Below are positions 10,741 through 20,728 of a stretch of 64,000 nt of DNA, piece after piece (the first letter of the stretch is position 1; each line of letters begins with the position of its first letter). Under the pieces are notes generated by a model, which saw nothing but the letters and a program-made list of their open reading frames with translations, did not search any database and was not told the DNA's origin. Origin of the DNA: Spirochaetia bacterium (GTDB lineage: Bacteria > Spirochaetota > Spirochaetia > UBA9216); the NCBI GenBank assembly GCA_963675665.1, contig OY776510.1, forward strand, positions 4,480,001 to 4,544,000, read 5' to 3'. A program made the position numbers and the translations under genes.

Positions 10741-10812
10741 GATTTCTTCTCCCCTATTTTACACCTCAAAACGGTTATCAGCTAACATTTTTATTGAATC
10801 AATCTAATGTGC

Positions 10813-10950
10813 ATTTAACGACGATTTGAGTAGCAAAATCGGCCGAGTCTTCGAGGCTTGGCGCAGTTCTGGAACGTAGCGCGATCAGCGCGGAGTGTCT
10901 CTGCCAGAACTGTGACAAAGATTTTGACTACTCCAAATCTCTTGTTATAT
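10813..10950 (-). repeat. attC site (C24)
   Basis: ATTTAAC...GTTATAT family repeat. Confidence 0.92.
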
Positions 10951-10963
10951 GCTGTTCTTAACC

Positions 10964-10988
10964 AGACCGTACGGCGGAGCCAGGGCTG
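10964..10988 (+). repeat. Trailer hairpin (C24)
   Basis: AGACCGTACGGCGGAGCCAGGGCT variant. Confidence 0.85.
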
Positions 10989-11078
10989 GTTTATTATCTA
11001 ACTTTATTGAAATTCATAGCATTTTTTTGATGACCGTCCTAATCGGATTAAAACAGCCTATTTCTTCAATTATAAAAG

Positions 11079-11537
11079 CTATTCCTTTACAAATTCCTTT
11101 ACTTCTTCATAAATTTTTTCTAATTCTTTTTTATCAATTGTATACTTCCCAACATTTTCATCTAAATGCTGAATTGCAAATTTACTCCAAGTATATAGAT
11201 AAGCATTTCTATCTGAGACGCTATGATACGCGACTCCATACTGCAATACAACTTTATTATAAACTTCGTCAGAAAATTCCTTTATTTCAGATTCTGGAAA
11301 ATTCCTTGAATGATATTCTTCCATCATATCTATCTTTATATCTTTAATGGTTTCCATCATCTTTTTATATTCTTCTCTTTTAATATCATCTTCATTTCTT
11401 TTTTTATTTATTTGCTTCCGAATATAATCAATAACAAAGCAAATACCTATAATTATTATAGTTGCTCTTATTGCAAAAGGGAGAGTATCAAAAAAATAAA
11501 ACAATAAAATACATCCAGCAGCTATTAATATTTGCAT
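11079..11537 (-). CDS. Hypothetical membrane protein (C24)
   Basis: Two N-terminal TM helices, AGGAG upstream. Confidence 0.7.
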   Translation of the reverse strand: MQILIAAGCILLFYFFDTLPFAIRATIIIIGICFVIDYIRKQINKKRNEDDIKREEYKKMMETIKDIKIDMMEEYHSRNFPESEIKEFSDEVYNKVVLQYGVAYHSVSDRNAYLYTWSKFAIQHLDENVGKYTIDKKELEKIYEEVKEFVKE

Positions 11538-11555
11538 CTTTTCTTCTCCTATTTC

Positions 11556-12044
11556 TTATGGATATGCTTCACAAAGTGTTAAAGCGTCAGTATATTTTAT
11601 TTCTTTTTTTATTTTATAATGTTCTTGTATTTCATTATATTTTAATCTTCTTCCTGAAGTAGCTTCATAATAATAGTTCTTCCATTTTACCCAAGCATGC
11701 CCGTTTCCATCAACTGTGCCTGTTATTATAATTGGATCACTAAATTTTCCTGGCAAACTATTCTTTATCTTATAAGCGAGCAATATTGAAAAATCCTCAC
11801 AATCTCCAGTTTTACGATGTATTGTTTCTTGGGGTAATTGCCAATAATCTTTGACACCATGTACATATTCATCTTTTCTATAATTTATTTCTTCTTGTAT
11901 TTCATAACGGTATTTCGCAACCATAGCATGACTTGCTGGCCTTAAAATGAAAATATTTATTATCCATCCAACCGTAGAGAATATAAACAAAGAAATATAT
12001 ATTACCCCACAACCATTTCCAATAATTTTAAACGGATTTATCAT
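11556..12044 (-). CDS. Transglutaminase-like cysteine peptidase with N-terminal TM helix (C24)
   Basis: DYWQLPQET...GDCEDFSIL...GHAWV. Confidence 0.8.
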   Translation of the reverse strand: MINPFKIIGNGCGVIYISLFIFSTVGWIINIFILRPASHAMVAKYRYEIQEEINYRKDEYVHGVKDYWQLPQETIHRKTGDCEDFSILLAYKIKNSLPGKFSDPIIITGTVDGNGHAWVKWKNYYYEATSGRRLKYNEIQEHYKIKKEIKYTDALTLCEAYP

Positions 12045-12109
12045 CCTTCACCTCATAATAATGACATCCAATCAAAATATTCATTATGACTAAATATGCA
12101 CTCTTCACA

Positions 12110-12132
12110 GCCCGTCGGCCGGAGGTCCGGGC
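12110..12132 (+). repeat. Leader hairpin (C24)
   Basis: Exact 23-nt core; flanks covary (ACA..TGT). Confidence 0.9.
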
Positions 12133-12204
12133 TGTTTCTTCTCACTTATTTTACACCCAACCAAAAAAATAACCTAACATTTTTATTTTTTCCTAATTTC
12201 ATGC

Positions 12205-12350
12205 ATATAACGACAAAATCAGTTGCGCCCTCGATCCTGAGCCGCAGGCGAAGGAATTGGCGTGATTCTGGAACGTAGCGCGATCAGCGCGGAGTGTCTC
12301 CGCCAGAATCATGACAATAGACGGCGACAACTGCATTTTTTTTGTTATAC
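12205..12350 (-). repeat. attC site (C23)
   Basis: ATATAAC...GTTATAC family repeat. Confidence 0.92.
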
Positions 12351-12977
12351 ATAATTTTCAAATATCTTTAATGTTTTCCTGAAATCTTGTTCAATATCTT
12401 TCAATATTTTTGGAGTTTCATTCTGTATTAATTCACAACTTTTTTCCCATATATTTTCTGCTCGTTCATCCAATCCTTTATCTTCATTCTTAACAACTGA
12501 ATTTTTAAAAAATATGATTTGATCACTTATTTGTTTTATAAATCCATCTATTTTTTTAGTTATATCTTCATCAAGAAACAATCTATTCATAGAATAATAT
12601 TCATATAATTCTTTATACTTTTTATTATATTCTTCATATCTTTCCTTTTTTGAAGGCCAAGAAGACTGTTCTATTACACTTACAAGAAATGAAGCACTAT
12701 TCTGAAATTCAATAATTCTTTTATAAATTTCATGCACAGCATCTAATTTTTTCTCATAAATTCTTTTATATGAAATATCATGCTCTATTATTCTTTTATT
12801 AAGCTCATGCTTATATATTTCCATATTTCTATTGTATTCATTGCTTAATTCATTTTTATTTTTTTCTAAATTCTTATCTGATAAATATTTTATCAAATTT
12901 GTAGCGCTAAACGTAATTATTGCGGCTATAACACCTGGAAGACCAATTTCTTTAATAATAAATTCAAATAAATCCAT
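12345..12977 (-). CDS. Hypothetical single-TM coiled-coil protein (C23)
   Basis: 210-aa ORF whose TAA lies in the attC R'' core. Confidence 0.75.
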   Translation of the reverse strand: MDLFEFIIKEIGLPGVIAAIITFSATNLIKYLSDKNLEKNKNELSNEYNRNMEIYKHELNKRIIEHDISYKRIYEKKLDAVHEIYKRIIEFQNSASFLVSVIEQSSWPSKKERYEEYNKKYKELYEYYSMNRLFLDEDITKKIDGFIKQISDQIIFFKNSVVKNEDKGLDERAENIWEKSCELIQNETPKILKDIEQDFRKTLKIFENYV

Positions 12978-13003
12978 AAAACTTTTTTCCTATATATATT
13001 TAT

Positions 13004-13519
13004 TTACTCATAATCCTGATTATGATCATATATACAATTTTTTATATCACCCTTTTCATCCACTAATATGTAATAGCCACGGAAGGTGCCTCTCACATAT
13101 TTTTCTCTAAAACGATTTTTTTCGATCAAGTCACTCCACTTGTATCTCCAAATCTTGTTAACCGTATAATCTTTTCTTAAGTTGACGAAAACAAGATCAG
13201 TTGGTGTATTTTCACCATTAATCTTAGGAATTATACTAGTCTGCTTCCATCCGCTATTTCGACCCTTTCGAGTCTTAACAGATATTTTCAATCCTTCTTT
13301 GGTTTCAACATCATGCTCATTAGAATCATCGACAAGAAAACCGCCAAAAATCATTTTAGTATATATTTCTCCCAAACATCCTACAATCTCATTTCCTTTT
13401 AAAACTTTTCCATTTGAATAATTTTTCAATATTTCAACAATTTCTTCTTGGATTGATTGTAATACATTAAATTTCTTTAGCAATTCGCTTTCTAATTGTT
13501 TAAATGCATCATTTTCCAT
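13004..13519 (-). CDS. Putative PD-(D/E)xK nuclease-fold protein (C23)
   Basis: G.LGE...HDVET...ISVKTR. Confidence 0.6.
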   Translation of the reverse strand: MENDAFKQLESELLKKFNVLQSIQEEIVEILKNYSNGKVLKGNEIVGCLGEIYTKMIFGGFLVDDSNEHDVETKEGLKISVKTRKGRNSGWKQTSIIPKINGENTPTDLVFVNLRKDYTVNKIWRYKWSDLIEKNRFREKYVRGTFRGYYILVDEKGDIKNCIYDHNQDYE

Positions 13520-13537
13520 TTATAACCCTCTATTTAT

Positions 13538-13679
13538 GTATAACGACAATTTTAGCTGCCTGGCGGCGCGCGTCTTCGCGCGCATTGGCGCGGTTTTAGA
13601 GCGTAGGCACGATCAGTGCCGTAGCGTCTCCGCTAAAACCGTGACAATAGCCAGGACTGCTACAAATTTCATGTTTTGT
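13538..13679 (-). repeat. attC site (C22)
   Basis: GTATAAC...GTTTTGT family repeat. Confidence 0.9.
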
Positions 13680-14308
13680 GTAACGACCCCATACCCACTA
13701 CTTTCTTTTATCTTAACAGTATCCTTTTTCTTACTTTGCCCCTTCTTTACTCAGCGTTCTCGCTGGGTTCATCCCAATTAATCATACAACAGTTTCATCT
13801 TTGCAGGTATTTTTATTTTCACTCAATAACTTCTACTCTGTTTTTTAGCATTTCTTTTCTTCATTTCCTTTTTATTCACTTTCAACATTTGGCCGCTAAA
13901 ATCTTTATACAGGTGAGCTGTAGTTTTTTTGAGAAGCTTAAAATAGGACCTATAGATACGAAATAGTTTTTTTCAATGCAAGGATATTATTTCATATAAC
14001 CGAACAGGGCTCCAGAAATGTTCATCATCTTTATGGGATATAAATCAAACAAGATTTCATAGAAAGAAACAGCTTTGGTTACTACGCTCTATTCTTAAAG
14101 ACACAAATACATTTCACGTCGTAGGTTATGGGAAATTATCGAAAACAGAATAATGAACTCCATAAACTTCTTTATACTATCTGCAAATTATTATTTTATC
14201 AAAGAACTAAATTAAACATTTTTTTTAATATGTTTTTCACTTATGTGTCATTCTAAACGTGAACCGTATAAAATCTTTATTTTAGCCCAATTCTCGTTTA
14301 CACAAAAC
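13673..14308. other. Gene-less cassette, long form (C22)
   Basis: No credible ORF; homologous to C1, C7, C8, C17 with ~145 bp extra. Confidence 0.8.
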
Positions 14309-14447
14309 GACAATTTGAGCTGCGCCCTCGATCCTGGAGCGAAGCGGAAGGAATTGGCGTGATTCTGGAGTGTAGCGCGATCAGCGCGAAACGTCTCCGC
14401 CAGAATCATGACAATAGACGGCGACTGCTCCAAATTTTTTGTTAAAT
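14302..14447 (-). repeat. attC site (C21)
   Basis: ACAAAAC...GTTAAAT family repeat. Confidence 0.92.
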
Positions 14448-14460
14448 GCCGCTTCTTACC

Positions 14461-14485
14461 AGACCGCACGGCGGAGTCAAGGTCT
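14461..14485 (+). repeat. Trailer hairpin (C21)
   Basis: AGACCGCACGGCGGAGTCAAGGTCT. Confidence 0.9.
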
Positions 14486-14522
14486 GGTTCTATTCTTTTA
14501 AAATAGAATTACATCAATTAAT

Positions 14523-15773
14523 TCAAATAGACCATTCATCAGTAGTACCTTCATCACGATATTTAAAAATATCAGGGATATCATTATCCTCCAATAACTC
14601 TCGACAATGTTCTCTTTCAATAATAATTCCATCAAAGCTTCTTCCCGGTGCATTTCGTCCTTCAGTAGCAATAGCAAGAATTCTGTTAACATTTTCTAAA
14701 TTATCGTTTTTATCCATAGATTTACATAATGAACAACTCATCTGAAGCAGTTTTTCTTGTCTTATTTCTCTATTCCTCTCATTAGTAATTATAAATAAAT
14801 ATGCAATTGTTTTAATCGGAAGCGAAAAATATCTTAATTCTTCTTTATCAGTCGATTCATATTTCTTTCGAAATGTTTCATCGATTATTATACGTTGAGT
14901 TCTTGTCAACTTTGACAGTTCTCCGACGATAGTCAGCATACTTTCAATAGCTAGTTTTTGTTCATCAGGATTTTGCTCTAAATAATAATCAAGATGCGAA
15001 GAAAATTCATTGATCATTAACTCAACAATTGTAAGTCTAAATTTTTTTCTATCTCTCTTTTTTATTTCTTCTAATTTAGTCTTTCTATATTCCTCCCAAA
15101 TACCCGGTTGTAAAATTACTTTTCCTACTATTAAATTCTTAATTTCTTCAATTTTATCGTAATTGGAACACCATAAAGCTAAGAAATCCAATTCATTTAC
15201 ATAATCCTGAACTGTTCGTTTTAATATTTCTTTTCTATCATTTAAAAAGTTTACAAAATCACCATAAGTATTAATCTCAGTTAATAAAACATATAAATCT
15301 CTAAGAATAAAAGCATGAATATCTATATCTCGATGTGTTTCATGTTTTAATGGTAATTGATATCTAAAGTCTGGATCTTCATATAATTCATCATTAACAT
15401 TTACTGTTACAATTCCGATTTTATTTTTTATTAATGTCCATGGAATTTCAAATTCGACATCAGTTATAGTCTTTAGTTTAACATCTACATCTCTGTTCGC
15501 TGCATTCAGTGTTCTATTTAATTGTTTTTTTGCTTTCTCATATTTATTTAACACTCTTTTAGCATGTATTTGATCTGCCTTAGAAACTTCAATATCAATT
15601 GATTTTGATTGAATCGTTATAATTGTGTCTCCCGCAAGAATTAATATATCAGTCAATTCAACTTTTTTACCTGCTTCGGTATTAGTATATGGAGATTTGT
15701 ATACTAAAGCTTTTCCAAACATTCTCGAGCATATTAATTCCAGAGTATCTTCGGCGAATTTTCCATGATCCAT
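14523..15773 (-). CDS. Protein with N-terminal NERD/PD-(D/E)xK-like nuclease domain (C21)
   Basis: GKFAE...ELTDILIL...IQSKS. Confidence 0.65.
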   Translation of the reverse strand: MDHGKFAEDTLELICSRMFGKALVYKSPYTNTEAGKKVELTDILILAGDTIITIQSKSIDIEVSKADQIHAKRVLNKYEKAKKQLNRTLNAANRDVDVKLKTITDVEFEIPWTLIKNKIGIVTVNVNDELYEDPDFRYQLPLKHETHRDIDIHAFILRDLYVLLTEINTYGDFVNFLNDRKEILKRTVQDYVNELDFLALWCSNYDKIEEIKNLIVGKVILQPGIWEEYRKTKLEEIKKRDRKKFRLTIVELMINEFSSHLDYYLEQNPDEQKLAIESMLTIVGELSKLTRTQRIIIDETFRKKYESTDKEELRYFSLPIKTIAYLFIITNERNREIRQEKLLQMSCSLCKSMDKNDNLENVNRILAIATEGRNAPGRSFDGIIIEREHCRELLEDNDIPDIFKYRDEGTTDEWSI

Positions 15774-15808
15774 ACTCTATCCTTTCTCAAATACTTTTCA
15801 ATATAATA

Positions 15809-15831
15809 GCCCGTCGGCCGGAGGTCCGGGC
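15809..15831 (+). repeat. Leader hairpin (C21)
   Basis: Exact 23-nt core. Confidence 0.9.
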
Positions 15832-15906
15832 TATTTCTATTCTTAATCATTTTAACCCCAATCTCAAAAACTGACTAACAAAATTATTGGACTAATTATG
15901 GCGTGC

Positions 15907-16044
15907 ATTTAACGACCAAATCAGTTGCAAAATCGGCCGAGTCTTCGAGGCTTGGCGCAGTTCTGGAGTGAAGCGCGATCAGCGCTGAACGTCTCCGCCA
16001 GAACTGTGACAAAGATTTTGACAACTGCATTTGTCATGTTAAAT
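15907..16044 (-). repeat. attC site (C20)
   Basis: Identical to 879-1016. Confidence 0.92.
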
Positions 16045-16057
16045 GCCTTTTCTTATC

Positions 16058-16082
16058 AGACCGTACGGCGGAGCCAAGGTCT
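16058..16082 (+). repeat. Trailer hairpin (C20)
   Basis: AGACCGTACGGCGGAGCCAAGGTCT. Confidence 0.9.
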
Positions 16083-16132
16083 GATTTCTTTTGATATTTA
16101 TATTTTATAGCCAAGCTTCAAGTTCATTTTAT

Positions 16133-17506
16133 TCAATTTTCACACTGATTTATAAACTTTTCAACATATTTATAAATACTCTCATATTTTCTTGACTCAC
16201 TATCCTCTGATAAAAATATTTTAAATTCTTCTCTTGCTAAATTAAAATCTTCATGCTTGTAAAAGAATAACAAGCCTAAACAATAATGCAATTGATATTT
16301 CTCAGGCTCCTCATCTAATATCCCATATATAAATTTTTCACATTGTATATGTACATTATTAGCAGCTCTATTTCTAAAACCTAATTTATAAAAATTATAA
16401 GCTTTATCTAACTTCTCTTCATAAGCAAATAAAAATGCTTTACTATATGCCCATGTATAATCGCCGGTTGCTCTCTTCTTTGCTTCAAATAATCTTTCAT
16501 GTGCAACTTTTAAATTTCTTTCATGAAAATAAAAAATTGCACTAAGGGTACACATATCATAGCTCAAAGGACATAATTTTTCAGCTTCATGTACTTTTTC
16601 ACCTATTTTCTCCCAATTACATTCCCCCAAATATTCATTTATTGCAAAGAAGTGTATTTCCGCCATTAGAAATTCTTTATTATTTTTCTGTATACGTTCA
16701 AAATTGGTTTTTAATATTTCAGTATCACTTTTAATTTTGATTTGATTACATTTCTTATGCAATTTATATGCTATATCAATAAATCCATTATATGCACATG
16801 CTAATCCCAAAATATACAATGAGCCATAAGAAAATATAAGTGAATTCAGGCTGAAGCCAGTAAGTTCTTGATCATATGAAATCATTGAATTGCGAGGAAA
16901 TACTGAATACATATCTTGAATAATATTATTTTTCCTATCCAACGGTATAGTTTTATGAGAAATAGACTCATTAAATTCAATTACGTAATGCTCCTTACCA
17001 TTTTGAATTCTATTCCTTGCAACACCATATAAAATAAATTTTGCTTTACTCTTATCATGATATTTCTTTGCTAACAATTTATTATCATTAATTTTCTCAG
17101 AATGATATTCAGACAATGTAATCACTTTAATTTTCTTATCTACACTTTTTATACTTCTTTCAATTTCATCAAAAAAATCTTTTTTAATTTTCTCTCTAAC
17201 CTTATCATTATCTGTTCTAATCGCAAACAAAACTCCAATATCATTTTTTCTAAATTTTGGGATTCTCCTTAAATAAAGCCATATAAAAATGAGAAATATA
17301 TCTACTATACAAAAAACAATAATATTATTTATTATTAAATTCTTATTCGTTGATAATACTTCCAAAGCTGGTATATTATAATCATCAATGGATCCATACA
17401 ATTTGATTATCCAACTTATAAATAATAAGAATTGAACCCCTGTAATTGAAATTTTCCTTTCAAGGAGTAGTTTCATTCTGCGCAATGTATCATAACTATC
17501 TAACAT
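16133..17506 (-). CDS. Membrane-anchored TPR-like protein (C20)
   Basis: Differs from 1105-2478 by one residue (KIKSD vs KIESD). Confidence 0.75.
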   Translation of the reverse strand: MLDSYDTLRRMKLLLERKISITGVQFLLFISWIIKLYGSIDDYNIPALEVLSTNKNLIINNIIVFCIVDIFLIFIWLYLRRIPKFRKNDIGVLFAIRTDNDKVREKIKKDFFDEIERSIKSVDKKIKVITLSEYHSEKINDNKLLAKKYHDKSKAKFILYGVARNRIQNGKEHYVIEFNESISHKTIPLDRKNNIIQDMYSVFPRNSMISYDQELTGFSLNSLIFSYGSLYILGLACAYNGFIDIAYKLHKKCNQIKIKSDTEILKTNFERIQKNNKEFLMAEIHFFAINEYLGECNWEKIGEKVHEAEKLCPLSYDMCTLSAIFYFHERNLKVAHERLFEAKKRATGDYTWAYSKAFLFAYEEKLDKAYNFYKLGFRNRAANNVHIQCEKFIYGILDEEPEKYQLHYCLGLLFFYKHEDFNLAREEFKIFLSEDSESRKYESIYKYVEKFINQCEN

Positions 17507-17545
17507 TTTATAATCTCCGATTTTATTCTTAATAATTCTATCATC

Positions 17546-17568
17546 GCCCGTCGGCCGGAGGTCCGGGC
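17546..17568 (+). repeat. Leader hairpin (C20)
   Basis: Exact 23-nt core. Confidence 0.9.
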
Positions 17569-17639
17569 GATTTCTCTTACTTATTTTACACCCAGAACTC
17601 GAAAACGGCTAACAATTTCATCGAAACATCCCTAAGTGC

Positions 17640-17778
17640 ATTTAACGACGATTTGAGTAGCAAAATCGGCCGAGTCTTCGAGGCTTGGCGCAGTTCTGGA
17701 ACGCAGCGCGATCAGCGCGGAGTGTCTTTAGCCAGAACTGTGACAAAGATTTTGGCTACTCCAAATCTTTTGTTATAC
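17640..17778 (-). repeat. attC site (C19)
   Basis: ATTTAAC...GTTATAC family repeat. Confidence 0.92.
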
Positions 17779-17813
17779 AGGTTTCTTTATTTCTTGATAT
17801 TTTTCCAATTCAT

Positions 17814-18968
17814 CTAATTTAACACTGAATCAATTACAATCTTTTCACTAGCTTTTGTTTTCTCAAATAATGCCTTCTGTTTATCATTCATGTATGAATT
17901 ATATTTAGACTCCAATAAAAGATCTAAGTTCTTTATATAAAAATCTATTTCTATCCCATCTTCATATAAATAATATATATCATGTTGTTTCAGCTTTAGA
18001 AATAAGTAATTTTCAAAATAGCTCCCGAAATCTCTTGCCCCTGTAAAACAATGTTTTATTCCTAAATCATTACAATATATCTTTTTCGGAGATAATATCT
18101 TTTCATTTGTTTTTCCATATCTTGATAGTAATTGTATTAAGAATGTATCATTAAAATAATATAGATACTTTCGAGCAGAGTTGACTGATATTTTCAGAAT
18201 ATTTGCAATCTTATTAATACTTAATTGTTTACCACTTCGTTCCATCAATAATAAAAAGTAATCCTTTATCATTTGGGGATCTTTAATTGAGTGTTCCGAA
18301 ATAATATCTTTATGTAAGATATCATCTACTAAACTAAATAAAAACTCTCTTTCTTCATTCAATACGTAATATGGAATTCCTCCAATTTGAAGAAAATCAT
18401 CAAAATATGGTTCAAGCAATTTATTATCTTTTCTTGATATTTTAATATTCTTAAAATAAAGATATTCATCAAAATCTAAGGGTTTTACTTCATAAATATA
18501 TGCTCTTCCAGTTAAAAAGGCTTTTCTATCCTTCAACTTTATACTTGAAGATGAGGAAGCATATACTTTTGCGTTCTGTCTATCATGGATATTTTTTAGT
18601 TGTTGATGAAAATCTTCTTTATAAATTATTTCGTCTAAAAATAGATAGACTTTATCATCAACTGGTATACGATGTAATTTCCTATATTCATCTAATACAT
18701 CCAGGATGGATTTATCCTTAAAAACATAATCATCTAAACTGACATATAATATATGATCAGCAGAAATTCCCATTTCTTCAATAAGCTCCTTGATAATAAG
18801 CTTCATCAAGGTTGTTTTCCCAATGCGTCGTAATCCTGTCAAGAAAATTATATGCTCATTTTGCAGATTTCTACGAAGCAACTCGAGATATTTCTTTCTG
18901 GGTATAATCCTATCTAAAGAAATTTCACCTTCCCACCACGGGTTGTATTGATATAATGCATCTATCAT
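17814..18968 (-). CDS. AAA_14 / DUF4143-type ATPase (C19)
   Basis: NPWW, GLRRIGKT, FLDEI, GGIP, KIYCNDLG, EIDF. Confidence 0.88.
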   Translation of the reverse strand: MIDALYQYNPWWEGEISLDRIIPRKKYLELLRRNLQNEHIIFLTGLRRIGKTTLMKLIIKELIEEMGISADHILYVSLDDYVFKDKSILDVLDEYRKLHRIPVDDKVYLFLDEIIYKEDFHQQLKNIHDRQNAKVYASSSSSIKLKDRKAFLTGRAYIYEVKPLDFDEYLYFKNIKISRKDNKLLEPYFDDFLQIGGIPYYVLNEEREFLFSLVDDILHKDIISEHSIKDPQMIKDYFLLLMERSGKQLSINKIANILKISVNSARKYLYYFNDTFLIQLLSRYGKTNEKILSPKKIYCNDLGIKHCFTGARDFGSYFENYLFLKLKQHDIYYLYEDGIEIDFYIKNLDLLLESKYNSYMNDKQKALFEKTKASEKIVIDSVLN

Positions 18969-18974
18969 ATAGTT

Positions 18975-19003
18975 ATTCTACCACTGAAAGCATATTATTG
19001 CAA
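18975..19003 (-). promoter_or_regulatory. Cassette-borne promoter, predicted leaderless transcript (C19)
   Basis: TTGCAA-17-TAGAAT (TG extension), 6 nt to ATG, no SD. Confidence 0.65.
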
Positions 19004-19048
19004 CTTTTTATACTTTCTAAAAGTATATTTTTCCGATTTCTTAACTCT

Positions 19049-19187
19049 GTATAACGACGATTTGAGTAGCGAAACCGGCCGAGTCTTCGAGGCTTGGCGC
19101 AGTTCTGGAACGTAGCGCGATCAGCGCGAAGTATCTTTAGCCAGAACTGTGACAAAGGTTTTGACTACTCCAAATCTCTTGTTATAA
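19049..19187 (-). repeat. attC site (C18)
   Basis: GTATAAC...GTTATAA family repeat. Confidence 0.92.
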
Positions 19188-20516
19188 ACATTCTTCCTCT
19201 ATCACTTCATCAATATCATTTAACCCAAGTCCAATATATTCTATTTCATAATCCTGATATTTCTTGATAAATTTATTTGATTTTTCATGCAACTTATTCA
19301 TATTCACTTTTTCCTTATTCATTTTGATTTCACCGATCAGCATTTTCTTATTTATCTCATCAATGCAAACCAGATCTATTTCATTTTGATTTCCTTTTTC
19401 CCAATAATTTCCAATTTCTACATATTTTCCAGAATATCGATATATTTCATGATAAAATTTTTCGAGAATGGGTCCGCTATATGTTCTTAAATCATCTTCT
19501 AATTTCTTTCTTATATATAGATAATTATTGTTCTCAATTGCAGAACGATATTTGTAAACATATCTAAACCAGAATTTTAAGAAATTATCTTTTATAAAAT
19601 ATTTTTGTATTCTTCCTGTCGGTTTTGCCCCTATCGGTTTAATTTTTCCAACAACATCATAATCGATTACTAATTTTTCTAAGTATCCACCAATATCTTT
19701 CTCTAATATCGATTCTATTTCACTACGAGATGTTCTTCCGTCAGACATTAATTCTAATATTGAAAAATATGTTCCATATTCTTTTCCAAATTCTTCAATA
19801 AGTATTGTTCTGCCTTCTTCAATAAATGGTGAATCAATCTCAAAATAGAAATCGAGGATTTCTTCTTCTGTATATTTTTCATTATCTAATAATATCTCTT
19901 GATATCTGGGTACTCCCCCAGTTAACATATAATTTATAAATAAATTATCTATACTATATTTATTATTATCAATCAGAATTTCCTTTATCACTTTTGGTGG
20001 AAATGCCTTAAGATACATTATTCTATCTGCTCTTCCAAAAAGCGGTTCTTTGCTATTCTTAAATATTTTATGCATCAGAGAGTAAATTGAACCTATAAAT
20101 ATTAGATGCACCTTTGATTCATTCTTATATTCATCCCATAGATTTTGTATCTCTGAATAAACTGATTCATTTATTTGGAAGAATTCCTGAAATTCATCAA
20201 TAATCACTACGATTTTTTCATTCTTTCCTAATTCCATTATCAACTTAAAGACATCTTTAAATCTTTTTATTTCTCCAATAACCGGAATATTGAAATCTTC
20301 TTTTATTCGTTGTATGAACTCCTCACAGAGAAGTATTTCATCTTTCTTTGATATGAATAGATATAGAGTTTTTTTATTCTTTGCGTATATTTTTGACAGT
20401 GATGTTTTCCCTATTCTTCTTCTACCTGTTATCACAGTCATAATGGATTTACAACTAACCTGGTTATACTGTTTTTCGAGCAAATCTAATTCACGTTCTC
20501 TTGCATAGAACTTCAT
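19182..20516 (-). CDS. AAA ATPase, archaeal-ATPase/DUF234 type (C18)
   Basis: GRRRIGKT, IIDEFQ, TGGVPRY, DNFLKFWF, EIDLV...GEIK. Confidence 0.9.
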   Translation of the reverse strand: MKFYARERELDLLEKQYNQVSCKSIMTVITGRRRIGKTSLSKIYAKNKKTLYLFISKKDEILLCEEFIQRIKEDFNIPVIGEIKRFKDVFKLIMELGKNEKIVVIIDEFQEFFQINESVYSEIQNLWDEYKNESKVHLIFIGSIYSLMHKIFKNSKEPLFGRADRIMYLKAFPPKVIKEILIDNNKYSIDNLFINYMLTGGVPRYQEILLDNEKYTEEEILDFYFEIDSPFIEEGRTILIEEFGKEYGTYFSILELMSDGRTSRSEIESILEKDIGGYLEKLVIDYDVVGKIKPIGAKPTGRIQKYFIKDNFLKFWFRYVYKYRSAIENNNYLYIRKKLEDDLRTYSGPILEKFYHEIYRYSGKYVEIGNYWEKGNQNEIDLVCIDEINKKMLIGEIKMNKEKVNMNKLHEKSNKFIKKYQDYEIEYIGLGLNDIDEVIEEECL

Positions 20517-20585
20517 TTGTCCCTTCTTTTATAGTAATATCTTTTACTGTAACATATATTACTATATCATGCAAGTCTGAATTGT

Positions 20586-20728
20586 TTATAATGACAATTT
20601 TAGCTGCCTGGCGGCGCGAGTCTTTCGAGCGCATTGGCGCGGGTTTAGAGCGTAGGCACGATCAGTGCCGTAGCGTCTCCGCTAAAACCGTGACAATAGC
20701 CAGGACTGCTACAAATTTCATGTTTTGT
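20586..20728 (-). repeat. attC site (C17) with mutated R' (GTT>ATT)
   Basis: TTATAAT instead of TTATAAC at left end. Confidence 0.88.

Noticed and set aside
13676-13966. Plus-strand 89-96 aa ORF in gene-less cassettes (also 33075-33344)
   Set aside because: Starts at a TTG in the attC core and is broken by stops or frameshifts in C1, C7 and C17; absent from C12. A very short peptide cannot be excluded.
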